Positions 11,170 to 24,825 of a stretch of 64,000 nt of DNA are shown piece by piece. The DNA is from Podarcis filfolensis (Eukaryota). The notes under the pieces are model-generated. The model was not told the origin of the DNA, made no database searches, and was given only the letters and a program-made list of their open reading frames with translations. Where the stretch lies: assembly GCA_964270895.1 (NCBI GenBank), contig OZ185441.1; one strand, written 5' to 3'. Every line of letters begins with the position of its first letter. Positions within the stretch are counted from its first letter, which is position 1. The position numbers and the translations under genes are program-made.

Positions 11170-13629
11170 GTAAGATGCTGGTTGGTCTGAACCTCTATTC
11201 AGGATTTACATTTTGGTTGATTAATTTCTATTTCGTCAGAATTTTTTGTTCAAGGTATTATATATTTGTTTTTTGAATAATTCTAAATCTTACCTTAAGC
11301 CAGAAAGGGTTTGCAGAGCAATTAGAGATCAATACAAGCAAGTTCCTGCCCCCAGGCTTAAAATCTAAAAAGACATGACACAAAAAGGAAAAGGACTAAG
11401 GGAGAAGGAAATAAGAAAACTTAGGTTTAAGTTACAAGTTACTCTAATAATCATTGGGGGGTGGGGAAGTAGAAGAAGTTCAAGAAGAGACAGAGCCAAA
11501 GTTATATGGTCTCTCAGTTCTGCCAATGAACTGGTCTATATCCCTTCTCTTCCCTTCTGCCTTGTGGAATGGCCCCTGTCAGATGATGATGATATGGAGG
11601 TGTCTGGCTTCTCAGCAAAGCTGGTGGTCCTGCATCCCTTGAAGGTTGGTGGCTCAGGAACTAGAGTGGAGATGAGAGAGACTTTGGGCTGTGCAAGATC
11701 TTTCAATAAGTTGTGTGTGATTCCTGTGCCCAGCACTGCACATTCTTTAAACTCCTGAGTGAAGAGGAGGCACTGCAATATTTGCCTGTCCATGTTTGGT
11801 GTCTTTGAGAGTGCTGGCATGGTTTTGTCTGATTGTTCTAGTCCCAGGGAACTTTATGGCCCTTCCAAATTCTGGAAGCTCAGGCTGAATAACAGCACAT
11901 AGCATTTCTTGTAGAATAACAGTTTCTATCTGTCACAAGTCTATCAGAGTTCAACCTTCTTTTTGCTCTTGTCTGTATTCAGTGATACCTTACAGTTGGG
12001 TTATAATGCTGTATCCCCTCCCCTAAATAAAACAAGTAATGAATCAGTCTTGACAAAATGTGAGGTTTTCCACATTTCTTTTTAAGATTAACAACCCAGT
12101 TCTAAAATTTAGTGAACAAAACCTAAGTAGGTTTCCGTGAACCTTTGCTAGGACTCAAGGTCAAAGCAATACTTGAACAGGCGACTTAAGGGATGTTCTG
12201 TGGGGATTCAGTTTGTTTGGCTAACAAGGCAATTGCAAGGAGACACGCCATCAAGCAGGTAAACTTCCATGCACCAGTAAGCCAGGTAGCATTCCTGATG
12301 CCTATAAAAATTTCCAGGTCAGGCATGCTTGTAACAGAAGCATTCACCTCTTTCTCACCCCACCCTCAGCTACTGAGGAGTTGGAACAGACAAACTTACA
12401 ATACCAGAATATTTTTATTACAAAATGCATTGTGATAAAATCATCAAGGTTTTAATATTGTTTATATATAATGCTAACAAGAAATGTCTCAGTTAAAGTT
12501 AACTCTTATTTAACTTAAACAGAAACTGAATTAATTACAGCTCTCTCCTCTAAAGTCCTGACATAGAAGTCTTGATTACAGATGGATAGATAGTTCAAAT
12601 TTGGTTTATGCCAATTTCACATTTATTTATTTTTAAAAGTCTGTTTCAGCCCATAGAGACAATCATGTCATCCCCACCCCCTGCCATATAATTTTCTTCA
12701 GAGTGACGACACCTAATCACAAACTATTGTTCCAGGGGCCTTTGCAGCTCAATTTTTAATCCTTTCAACAGGAGCTGTACTTTGTAGCTGCTCAGAATGG
12801 CTTGTACCATTTTTTAAAAAGTTAAAAATGAAGCTCTTGAACCACCTTGTAGTATTTGTTGTGGATCTGGATTCCAAAGAGAACCATGTTATGACCTGCA
12901 CAGAAATCTTTATTTGTGTATCAAGTGAGTTTGCTTTGGAATATGGACTTGCAAATTTCCACCATGCCATGTCATTATTTGGTGATAAAGTACTTAAACA
13001 ATAGCAGCAATCAGTGAAAGGGGCTTGAGTGTAATTTCTGGGCTATAGCTTATTTAACTTGAAATTCCATTTTTGAAAGAAGATGCCATAAAAGAAAAAT
13101 GTAAAGCTCCTGTTACTGGCCGGGGACAGTGATTTAGTCAATGCTTATAGCCAGGAGCATACAGCTTGGATTGTATATCATGTAAAGAAGACCTTAGGTT
13201 GAATGTCATGTTATAATAAATTGAAAGTAAATTACCAATACAATTTAAAGAAATAGGAAAAATGCTATATTGAGTAGAAATACCAGCTAACTAATCATGT
13301 TATACTTTATAAGTATGTAAGCCACAAACTCTATTCTAAATTCAAATGAATAAAAGTAATATTTGTTGAGTATATACATAAGAAAATTTATGGAAACAGA
13401 GCAAAGAGGTACATGAGCAAAGGTGTTGGGGGGGGGGGGACAACCACAAGATTTTGTAATCTGTTGTCTTCTAGCAATATTTTTATTAATGTGATCCAAT
13501 GACTATATATACTAGTGTTTTTCAGTACCTTGTGTTGATAAAAACTCTGATCATGGCATATGAAAAGTTTGCTAATAACTAGAAAGTAGAAATGCTAAAG
13601 CATAACTAATTTTATAATGAATGATTTTA

Positions 13630-13737
13630 GAGTGTTGTTTGTGCTGTACTTTTGTACTGTTTTATTGTTGTTAGCCGCCCTGAGCCCGGCTTCGGCTGGG
13701 GAGGGCGGGATATAAATAAAATTTATTATTATTATTA
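13630..13737 (+). mobile_element. L2-type LINE/SINE 3' tail with (ATT)n
   Basis: gttagccgccctgagcccggcttcggctggggagggcgggatataaataaa followed by ATT repeats. Confidence 0.6.
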
Positions 13738-13839
13738 ATTGGAACTTGTTAAATAAAGTATTGTAGATGTTGTCTGCTTTTTAAAGTGGAAGCAATTGAT
13801 CAACAAGAACATCTAAATGACCTATTTTCTTTCTTCTAG

Positions 13840-13930
13840 GAGGAGTATGTACAGAAATCACCCAGCAGCAGTAGTATTTCTCCCTCCCAAATGGAAGATA
13901 CATTTCCAGAGACCATATCTGGGAAAAAGG
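13840..13930 (+). CDS. SPIRE1: SPIRE1 exon, EEYVQKSPSSSSISPSQMEDTFPETISGKK(V)
   Basis: ttctttcttctag acceptor, GTAAGA donor at 13931, phase 0/1 fits both neighbours. Similar to recalled human EETLHKSTSSSSVSPS. Confidence 0.92.
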
Positions 13931-14164
13931 GTAAGAATCCAACCTTTGAAAAAGTGTGCAGTACAGTAGGAACATCTAGGAGCAGATGACTCCAGCAAGG
14001 GACACCCAATTCACTAAGTTAAAGGAAACTTACACATCAACATGGGTCTATCTTGGACATATCTCATAAGGAGAGCAGGAAACCGGTTGTGGAAAATTCT
14101 TTTAAGTTGAATTAATTTGGTAATGACTTGTAATAATTTGTAAAATAAATAACAATAATTGGCA

Positions 14165-14348
14165 AAAAAAGGAAAGTCCTGGTGTCCAGGGAGTCTGATC
14201 TGGAACAGACTAAAGGAAAATACAGGTGTGATACTTCAGGATCTATTGACAACTTTTGCTGTGCCCTTGGGGTGGCGACGAGATCATACTGGCTATCTAT
14301 TCTGAATGTATTCTGAATGTTCTTGTGTGATGCCAATAAAGGTTACTT
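14165..14348 (+). mobile_element. Short LINE 3' fragment (family uncertain)
   Basis: Ends in gccaataaaggttacttgatttgacttga, a typical non-LTR retrotransposon tail. Confidence 0.4.
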
Positions 14349-15312
14349 GATTTGACTTGACAACCTTTGCATCAACCTTTAAGTCTTGAACATCTGAAAT
14401 CCTCATGGCCTCCTGTGATTCTATAGATTTGTACTGGCCATATGAGGAGTGTTTGAGCAACACACTTGTGTATCACCTGTATCAAACAGCTGTGTTGGCA
14501 TATGCCCTCTTTCATTTATGGGGTAGCTACAAATGTGCTGTTTTGAGGTCAAAACATTAAGAGTGATGCCTGCGGAGAGGGGAGGATTATGCTTTTGTAA
14601 TTCCATGGTCTTTTTTAAAAAAGCTCTTCACACTTTCAGATGAGGTTGTGATTACTAGGGAGCAATGCCGAATATTTCTACTCATTAGTTGTAGAATCCT
14701 GCTGTAGCAAAATCCACTGGTAGTCATGTGAATCTGTAGGGATGGGGTATAATGAAGCAAGAAATCATTTTAGCCATATTAGAAAATACAGCTAACAGTC
14801 TGTACAATTGTACATATGTTAATTATTTGAAGCTGTATCTTTATAGCAACCACCGATGTAGTGAAGAAATGTTGCAATGTAGTGGTTTAGATGTGGATTG
14901 AGTAAGGGAGTTAAATCATTAGGTCAACTAACCTCCTGAATTGTTGGGGAAATAGTTTAGCCTCACTCTGGGTTGATTTCACACAAAGGTATGTGGTTTA
15001 TAAAGAAACCTTAGCTCACATTTTTGTTATCTTCCCGTGAAGGTGTTAAAATAAATATAGAAGAATTTTATTAGATTTTGGCTTGGAAGCTGACTTGGAA
15101 TCGTTTTTATAAATTTACCACCATAATAAATACACTGAAAATTGTGTTCAACACTTGATGCAGTTCCACTTATTAAAGCATCGCCACAGTCTGAGTAGAA
15201 CAATAGGATTGGGTTCCTTTGATGTCATTGGTCCTGTTCTTAAAAGAAAATGTCTGATTATTAGCAAAGTAAACTGTTACTTAGAACTAATTGATGCTGA
15301 TTGAATTTATAG

Positions 15313-15455
15313 TGCCTCCGAAATTCTTGCCAATATCATCCACACCACAGCCAGAGAGGAGACAGCCACCTCAGAGGCGACATTCCATTGAAAAGGAAAC
15401 ACCAACCAATGTTCGACAGTTCCTGCCACCTACAAAGCAGAGCTCCAGATCACTT
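15313..15455 (+). CDS. SPIRE1: SPIRE1 exon, (V)[47 protein letters not shown]
   Basis: TAG acceptor, GTAAGT donor at 15456, phase 1/0. Near-identical to recalled human SPIRE1. Confidence 0.97.
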
Positions 15456-18400
15456 GTAAGTAGCGTGGTAGATAATTTTCGACACTGGTTGATGGGTAAA
15501 GACACAACAGCTCCACAACAATGAGAGGATAATGAAATGCTGTGTTGAAACCCAGATGTAATACTACCTTGAACTGTGTGAGAATTTGAATCAGCACTTG
15601 AGCTTCATCCACTGTAAACTGATTGGAAACTCCAGGAGAAAACTCGGAACTTTCTGATTCAAGTTTTGAATATTGTGCTTAAGCGTTGATGACATTTTTA
15701 TTTAAATACGCTGACAAAATTATTATGTTTCTAAATAACAAGAAGGTTGATACTTTCCCCCCCCCCCCATGTTAGTTTGATTTAAAAAGCCCAGAGCAGA
15801 TATGATCGCATGGCAATATAAGAATCCATTGAGGACAATTTTTTAATTTTTTCTTGAAAACAAAGTTCAGCAGATTAGCCAATTGGCTTTAATTGAAAGC
15901 AGTTTTCCGACAGCATGTAAGTGTCATGGGGGAACAAAATGCCTGCTTTGGGGCTGGCACTGTGCCTTAAATAACTTGGATTTCATATGAGAGTTCCAAG
16001 TTCACTTTTTAGTCTCTTGTCCCTTGCCAGAAGGGCCCAAGAGTGTCCCTTAGAACTGAGGAAGACTGAAAGAAGTTTTTGAGAGAGCAAGGGGCACTTG
16101 CAAGCTCTTCAAGTCAATTTATTTGCATTGCTTAACTTGAAGAGAGCCCTTCTTATTCCTCCTTGGCTCAAGAGGCCATGATTTGGATGCCAACTCTTCA
16201 AGGTGCTGAGGTTAACTTGTATTAAATAATATACTTCCCTAATGTAGAGGGCACAGTCTATTCCCCAAGAAGAAATCAAACAGTTTGTTGTCATATGATT
16301 CTAACTTGAGTACATCTTATGATCCTAGGTAAATGGAATTTCAGTAACCTTAAGCTTATTTGTTAGTGCAGCATGCAGAGTACAACACAAAAAGTATTAT
16401 TTTTTGAAGAGTTAGCTAAAGAGAGTAATTGTTTTAGACATAAGAGAGAGTTTGTTTGAAGTATGACTGAGGGAAGTAATCAACATACAGAAAATCTGGC
16501 TTTTTTATGTGGTACAAAAATGTTTGTTTCCACTGAGGTCTATTACAGCCACATATCTACACGGGGGGTGGGGGTGGGATTGTTTGGGAGTATTTAATTG
16601 ATTGTCGTTTCTGATTAACATTATTCTGATCCTGTACAAAACGGGGGTTTCTTTTTTATGCTTTTGAAAAACTTCCCAGTTCATCCATCCTTTCGTAAAA
16701 TAATCTGAAAACTTTATTGATTGTCTTCTTTAAGTATTTTTACTATTCATTTATAGGGACCTCTTATGCTCTCTTTTTTCAATAAAAAGGGACAAAAGAA
16801 TAAAATTTATTGCCTTTTTACATTACTGTCAGCTGATATTGGGTACTAGCTGGGTTTCACTTTTAGAGCTCTGTCTGTGGAAGAAAGATGTTCTTTGGCA
16901 GCTGTGTTTAGTTCTTGAGATCTAAGGTAAGATGGGAGCAAGAACTGTGAATATAATATCTGTTGATAAAATTACAGCAGATGTGAAAAACAAAATTTGG
17001 ATGGAGAACTTTACATCTACAAATATTTCTGAATAACAATCTAATATTTTATATCTTGTACTATCAAAAGGAGCACCCCCTATTTCTGTTCTTGTTTGGC
17101 CTTATGAGAATGAGAAGGCTTCTTGTAAGTATTCATCATTATTTTTTTATTTTAAAATTTTGTATTCCGCCTTACTTGTAAAACTACCAAAGGCGGCTAC
17201 AACATATCATTAAAACAACAACATAGCAAAATAAAATGAAAAATGAAAAAGCCAAAGTAGCAGAAGCAAACCCCGCCCCACAAAATTATAGATAAAAAGT
17301 ATAAATCGATAGCAATTGGCCAAATCAAAGAAAACAAAATAAAAATCCAAATTTCAGTTTAGCTTAGAATCTTATTTAGAGTGGCCTTTACCCATTTAAG
17401 TTCTTGGCTTGATGGAATTTCTTAAAAGAGAACATTTCACAGTGTGCCACAACTGAAAGCACTCTGTTCTGAGGAAATGTTTGTGTGGTACAGATATTGA
17501 AAAGAGTGCATGGAAGTGATACATACAGAGAAGGCAGTTCCTTTAGATTTGCAGATTGTATGTCTCTGGTGCATCTGCATCACAGTGTTTCAACCATTAA
17601 CTAATCCAGAAAATGTATAGCTTACTTAATCAAACCAAAGAAGAAATTTCAAAGAAATTCCTTGATGGAACTGGATTTGAAGTAGTATGCACAAATGTTA
17701 TAAGGTTTATTCATGCCATAGAATAGTTTTCTCCTTGGTTCATTATTTTGCTGAGAGAGAGAGAAAATTTGAAAGTTCATGTCCATTTAATATGCCTAAC
17801 GTAACATAAGAATGGCTGCAATAATTTCTGTAGTATCAGAAAGCAGCTCATATTTTGGCAATGAAATATAGTTCTGTGTTAATACTTGTAGCCTTATGCT
17901 CACTTCATACATTTTTGTAAACAAATGTGGCCCAGTCATGCTATTTTAAAAGATGATGTGAGAAAAGAGAGATTATTATGGTGTTTTGTTCGTGTATTTG
18001 TATTGTGTAATAGTGCCTCCTAGGGGTGATACCTGACATTTCATAGCCATTTTTTCTATAAAAAACTGTAGAAATTTAAGTAGTTACTTCAGATTATCAT
18101 TGAAGACTTTCAGTGTCATTAAACACTGTTAGACTTCCTTGCCTAGTTCTAACATATGGCTTTAGGGATGCAATTACTGGACAGGCTCAAAAAATGAAGG
18201 AAGTGACATAAGTAAGCTCAAAATGCTACCTACTTTAAATTTAATGCCAAACTTCTTCATCCCTTCCCCCAGGATTGATGAAATTTCATGGCTTATCTTC
18301 TGCTCCAATGATGGCAGTTGGTCTCCCAAGGTGAAAGAAACCCCATCATTTCCAGTGAACAGAAAGTTGCTTGTTTTTTTCAGCAGGATTAGAAGGGAAC

Positions 18401-18549
18401 TCGTCCTATTTCACATACTAGCTACGGTTTCGTTAAACTGGCTTGCTAGTATGCTAAGGAAATTAATACTGGAGCTAGAGTTACATAATCAGAAGCACTG
18501 GTAAAACTGTTGCTCGTGTTCAGCATTCTTCTTCCTGTCTGTTGTTCAG

Positions 18550-18723
18550 GTTCCCAGGATAACAAGTTTATTTCCAAGGATGACGCTCAAAACACTTTTC
18601 CCAGCCATACATACAGCCTCTCAGCTTAGCTCCCATCCCTTTGAAGCAGCCTTATTTGGGGTGGCAAGGACTATATATTATCTTTGTGAGAGAGCTTTTA
18701 ACAACAAGTGGACACTCTCAGAG
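18550..18723 (+). CDS. SPIRE1: SPIRE1 alternative ExonC (Spire1C mitochondrial-anchor exon), 58 aa: VPRITSLFPRMTLKTLFPAIHTASQLSSHPFEAALFGVARTIYYLCERAFNNKWTLSE
   Basis: CAG acceptor after a pyrimidine tract, GT donor at 18724. 174 nt, phase 0/0, no stop, located between the SSRSL exon and the Spir-box exon. Length and motifs (VPRIT, LSSHPFEAA, YYLCERAF) match mammalian ExonC as recalled. Confidence 0.88.
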
Positions 18724-21700
18724 GTTTGCCTTGCACTGCTCCCTATATACTTTCTTAGCCATCTTTTTCTCCCCTCAAAAAGGGGAGCTATGGCAAGAAT
18801 TAACAGCCTAGATTGTCACTGGATTCTGATTCAAGTTGATTTCAACATCTGTAGACTTTTCTGTGCATGTGTAGATTCTCTAATCAATTTGCTGGGGAAG
18901 AGAAATCACTTATGAAAGGACAGCAAACTAAAAATGCAACATCACAAGATTATTAGGGAAGGAATTGTCATTATCTTAAATCAGTGGAATTTTAAAAAAT
19001 AAAAATAAAAAGCAGTGGAAAGCCAGTTCAGAAGAATTAAAAAAATATTTTAAAACCACTTATCTGAAACCACAGATGTCCAGTTTTGCCCAAATTTTGA
19101 TATTTATACATTATTTCTCTCTTTATGTGTGCCAACTCAGCAAGCAAATATAATCACAAACCAGTGTTTATAAATCAAGTAGGTTTAAGAAGCTTATTGG
19201 ATTCTGAGGATTTGTGTAAGGACATCTGAGGGAAATTTTAATATATTTGTTACAATAAAATTGAATTGCAGAATATATATACAATGTAGGTTTACTTTCT
19301 CTACCAATCTATCAATATTTACTATATTTTACCTGATTAAAGTTACTCCTTTATTAGTTTTTGATAAGTAGCAATATAAGAGCGCAAGATATATATGGGA
19401 CACTTTCAGTCCAGTCGAATGAGCCATTTCCATGATGAAAGCAGTGCTATTAGCTTCAAGGCTCCATCCTACTGGTAAAACCCCAAAGCTAGTTAAATTG
19501 CTTCTGGTGCAGGAAGAACTATAAACAGAATTGCATCAGCAAGTACCCTGGCCTTCTGTCTCAGCCCTGTGGAGGCGAGACTAGCAGCAGCCTGTGGGTC
19601 CGCTCACATTAGTGGCTTGAAACAGCAAGTTCATTTTTCTCTGCTGTGTTTCAAGTCTTATTTGCATAGAGTTTTCCACATTAGGGAGGGGCCAGGGATG
19701 TCTTCAACCGATGCACATGGCATTTTTAGTCTCCTGCCCCTGCAACCCCCCTGGAACTCTTGTTCATGAAGCTGTCATCTGCACCTGAACAACCACTGTT
19801 AGGCTATGTTCACATTCCTGCCTACTCAGCATCCAGTTTTCTAATCAGATTGAAGCTGGTTTGAGGAGGGAAAAGCCTCATGAAACCTCAGCAATTCTTG
19901 TCAAGAAACCATAGAATTGGTAAGGATTGTGGCTAACAACATGTGAATGTGATTTCAAAAATTAGCAGTGTGGGCGCACTGGATGCAGAGTAAGTGGTAG
20001 TATGAACACACCCCAGATTAGAATATAGAGTGGAACTGAATGGATTTCCCTCACTTTGGATTCTGAGATACCTCTAGCAACAGCTCCATGAGACTGGGTT
20101 ATGAGCTACCCACCCCCCCCAAAAAATCCCTAATCATAAAAGGTGCTTCCAGATGGGTGCTTATTAGGAGATTGCAAGTTTTTTTCTGCAGTGATCACAC
20201 AGTGTCATTAGCATCAAAACGCCAGCCTTTGTTTTTTGCCATGTAATTAGACCCTTTCCGCAGAAAATCCAATAAATTAATTTTTTAAAAACACCCATTG
20301 CCAGTGAAGCCATATGTGAAATCTGAATGACTCATTTACAATGCTAAGCTCAGTTGGAGGCACTCTTAAACTATTCCATACTCAAACCGTTTGTCATGTT
20401 CAATAAAAATTGGATTCAGTACATATTTAGAAACGAAAGTTAAACTCTCATAAAAACAACAGTATTATAGATATTTAATTATTTGTGGGGAAGAGTTGCT
20501 AGGCACAAACCAGAGAAATTTCTTCTTAGGAAAAATGAAAAGGCATGACTATGCTCAATGCGTCTCCCATGCATTTTAATGGGGATTGTGGAAAAGGCAT
20601 TACAAGTATATTTTAGCAACTATTTTAAATACATGGTGATGAATCACAGTCACGTTTTACAGCCTGTTGGGTACAATTAACATAAGATGGAAATTAAATT
20701 GCTTGGATCTAAATAGATCTTTTGTCCATCGTTCCCTGCCCCACCCCCATATCTGACCTCCCATGTCCTATCATGATTTTGAAGCTCCTTTCAGTTTCAA
20801 AAACAGTTTGCCATACAAAAAGGGGGGGGCAACTGTTGGGGCGGGGACACAAGTCCAGTAGAGTTTTTGAGATCATGGGAGTAATTCCCTTGTTGTTTGG
20901 ATCCTGGCCAATATTATTAGAGAGACGCAGAGTGATGCAGTCAAGACATACAGAGACTCACATGATGAAAAACCTCCTTCAAGCACTAAAGACTTTGTGG
21001 TCCTTTTCAGATAAACATCAGAATTTACATAACTGACCTTCTAGTTCCCAGGTTCTGGGAATGCAGTCAGACATGCTTGTCATTTTGAACTCATGATTGC
21101 TTGTGCTTCTGCTATATCAAGTTTTATTCAATATTAACATGTGTTCAAATCCAGCAAATAGTGGATTTTCATTATTTTCATTTTTAAAATCTTAGAAATA
21201 AAAAAATATTAGTCAATGATGCACACTCCGTTACATGTACTCATGATAGTGGAATGGATTTTGTATGGAACTGGTAATGCCAAATGCCTCTTTCAATAAA
21301 CTTCAATTGGACTGCTCAGTGACTTGCTTTCATTAAAAGGATATTAGCTGATACGTAATCTCATTGGAACATCTCAAAATATATTCCCATAAGAACTCAG
21401 TATCTCTATCATTTGTTTTAATGTTGCATTGCAGTTTGGTTGTCCTTGTGTTAACTTCTTGAAAATGAAAAAAAAAAAAGCATTTAGACCAAAATTATTA
21501 TTTTTTTGCTCATGTCTGTAGTTATACATAGATTATTTTTTTAACGGACATAATATTTTCTTTATGTACTGTAGTGGAGAACAATAGAGCATATTCAAGA
21601 AAAAAACCTAAGAGACACAATAAAGTTATTACAAATAAATAAAGACAAATAAAGCTATTACAGAACTCCAGTGTAGCTGGTAGTAATGGGTCCTAAAGTA

Positions 21701-22759
21701 TTCATTAAGTGCTATTTTAATTGGTTGCAGTCAGTAAAGACAGCTAAGGGAAGAATTTAAGCAAATACTATTAGAATTTAAATCTTTTAAAAGGCTATTC
21801 CATGTATTACAAAGCAGAAAAAGTTGAGGTTGTGGTCTATACTGGCTCTCTAGTGAGTGTGTCTGTATGGTGCACACATTTCCAAACTTGAATTTTTCTC
21901 TTTCATCCTCTGAAATGGTATGTGTATCACTTTGGTGTAATCCTAAGTATACTTAAATGGAAGAAATTCTAGCACAATGAATAGTGTTGTGCTAATAGTA
22001 CTAAACTAGGAGACTTGGACAAAAGTCCACTTAACCCTGACATTCACTGGATATCCTTGGCCCGGGCGCATGCTCTCAGCCTAAGCTGCCTTGTGACGAT
22101 AAAGTGTGCGAGGGGGTGGCAGAGATAAATATAATAATGATGATATAGTATAGAAATTCTCATTGAATATGGTGGACTAGCTTTCAAAAGCCATCCAGCT
22201 CAGAGTAATGGTTCAGTTCTGCATGTCCAATTAGATTTTGGCTTTGTGTTTCCTCATCCCAATGCAGCATCATGGACTGCTTTTGAAACATTGGGGTATA
22301 GTCAGTATATTGATATGGTGTTAGTTTGCTGTTAAAAGGAGGGAGATAGATATGCTAGGAGGAAATGTTATTGAGGGTAGGGGACATATCTACTGCATGG
22401 AGGTATACCACAGGTGGGAGGGGGTTTAGTACCGCCACGCATGCATCCCTTTTGCATTAAAAACTGAACCACTTTCCCCTGCTTGATATTTTATGAATTG
22501 TATCCAGTTGTGCCTCTCTGCTAATGGAAGGTGGGGAGGTGGTTTTGGCAAATTCTCCCTTTCTCCTGCTGGTCCATACACTCATCTGCCAAAAGGTCTC
22601 CAAACCCTCTTGATCAGATTTGGAGGGGGCTGCAGACTGCCTACTGTTCAGGTAATGAAGCCTTTGCTGGATCAAAGTGCCTTCTGTCACTTCTGTCAGC
22701 AGGGAGACACAACTGGATACACTATAGATTTCAGTCCAGAAAGGTTCACTCAAGGCAAC

Positions 22760-23520
22760 TTACAACATTGATACCAGTTAGACACTGTTATGAAAGCCAA
22801 GAGTCTTAAAACAAGTTAACAGAACAAATCCACAGGCAGAAATGAATTAAAAACTAATCAAAAGCCTGCCAAAATAAAATAAATCTTAACCACCCACCTA
22901 ACAATCATCGCTGAATAGGCTAATCAAATCTCTTTGGGAGGAGGCAGTTGCACAATCCGGTACCCCAACTGAAAAGTCCTGCCACAATCACAACAAAATG
23001 TGTCTCTCCTGGTGTTGGAACATGAAGCGAGGCCTTGGGTCAGCCTCCATCACTATTTATTTTGATAGATTCCCTGCCAATCAGATACAATGGCTTTGAT
23101 CCAGAGTTCTGAAGAACAGAACTCCACTCACTTGAAGAAATGGAAATAAGTATTTTTTGTTTATTCTCCCTTAGCCCTACATCCCTCCTGGGGGGGTTGA
23201 AGGCCTCAAATGCAGCGTGGTAAGGGATTGGAAGGGGAAACAGGCAAAAGCCACTTATTCTTGCTTGCTCTTTTTGGATTGCAATCCATTCTGTGAATAG
23301 AAGGAGTCTTTCTATTCACTGAAAGCAACTCAGGATCCAACCCAAGACCTTATAATAAAATATTAAAAACCATAAATAACTAATGCATTTAAAAACTAGA
23401 AACAGAAACTCTTTAAAAACAGTATCCAAAATAAAACAGATCAATAAAAGGGGTTTTTTTTTATTTAAAAAGCTTGGGAAATAAAAGGTCTTTACCTGGC
23501 ATTGGAAACACATTAGAAAG
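22760..23520 (-). mobile_element. Old L2-like LINE fragments
   Basis: A-rich reverse-complemented tails plus aaaggtctttacctggc and gaggcagttgcacaat motifs, resembling L2 RT C-termini. Confidence 0.4.
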
Positions 23521-24825
23521 CATAATTGTTTTCTGAAATGTGTTGGTTATGAAACACATTTGGCTTTGCTTTGAAGCAAGGTATCCTTCAAAGCAAGCTG
23601 TATTAAATTTTGGCTCTTCAGAAAAATGGCATCTTGAACAATACCAAGAAAGTAATGATTACAAAGGCAAATTTCACTCAGTTTATAGACCTTTGTGGGC
23701 ACCTTAAGCAAGATGAAGTTTCTGTGTGTGTTCCATTTCTAGATTGGTAAGACTGCAGTTTTTAAAATATATATATGGTGGCTCCTAAATGCACATTTTT
23801 ATCTGGTATACATCATAATTGATTTTTTTCTTCCTAAAAGACAGAAAATCTTTAGACTGTAAAATTAAATAACTTGCAGCGGATCTTAATTGCATATTTG
23901 GTTTGAAAATTGGATTTCCAAATGTGCAGTATTATGCGACTATGCTTATGGAAATTTCCTGCCATTGTTTTTGACAGCTGATAATGTTGGATTTGGATCT
24001 AGGCTAAAGTCCTAGCTCCACACCATAGATGACTGGTTGCCCTTGTACAAACCAGTAGGGTCAACATGCCGTGTTGAAAGACTTACTGTGCCCTGTTAGA
24101 AAGCACAACATAGTGGGATGTGCAAATAATTTCTGTCTTTTAGCTAGATTTATTTAATCAATTACAAATAATTGGGAATTGGTGTTTTATCCTGTGGTAC
24201 CATCAGTGCGGAATGTGTATTCAGCTTAGCATCAATTTGCTAGGGAGTTTTAGTGTCAGAAAGCAATACTATATTTGTGTCACAAATATCACTGTATGTA
24301 ACTGTATGAAGTTTAAACTGATTGTGTAACATTATACGGGAACAATATAACCTGTGTGTAATGTTAACTGTACTGGATATTTAGAATACTATGTTACCTA
24401 CATATGATACCACAGAATAAAGTTCTCTTTGGGATTGGGCTACTAACCATTTCTCTGTCTGTTCTAGGCATCACAGAGTGTCAGACATTTCAGTGAAAAT
24501 AAGCGCCTGTGTTTTCAGTGGCAGGCAACATTATTTTGCATTTTTCTGCATCAGAACACAAATCTATAATGTGAGGTTCATAATACAGTAATTAGCTTAA
24601 TAAATGACAATATGTTTTTAGTGAGCATTAGACCCCTTTGGTTGCAAATTCTAAACTCTTAGCCTTCTGGAAACACGTGATGCCTCTAGACCAGATATAC
24701 ACTTCTGGTTTGGGTGATGAAATCTTTTCTCTCCTCAAATTACTAACCAGGTGACTGGCTCTCTAGGCTGGCGGCTATGAAATTCTGTGAGATACATATT
24801 TAAAATAGAACCTTTTGGCTTTCAG

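Noticed and set aside
11375-11820. 127-aa and 94-aa ORFs, with an AG before DDDDMEV
   Set aside because: No SPIRE1 similarity and no matching donor; adjacent to L2-like relics.
13837-13845. NAGNAG tandem acceptors (TAG GAG GAG here; CAG GAG GAG at 24823)
   Set aside because: GAG acceptors are rarely used; no evidence of alternative use from sequence alone.
24000-24120. Possible intronic snoRNA-like structured segment
   Set aside because: No convincing C/D or H/ACA boxes at the right spacing.
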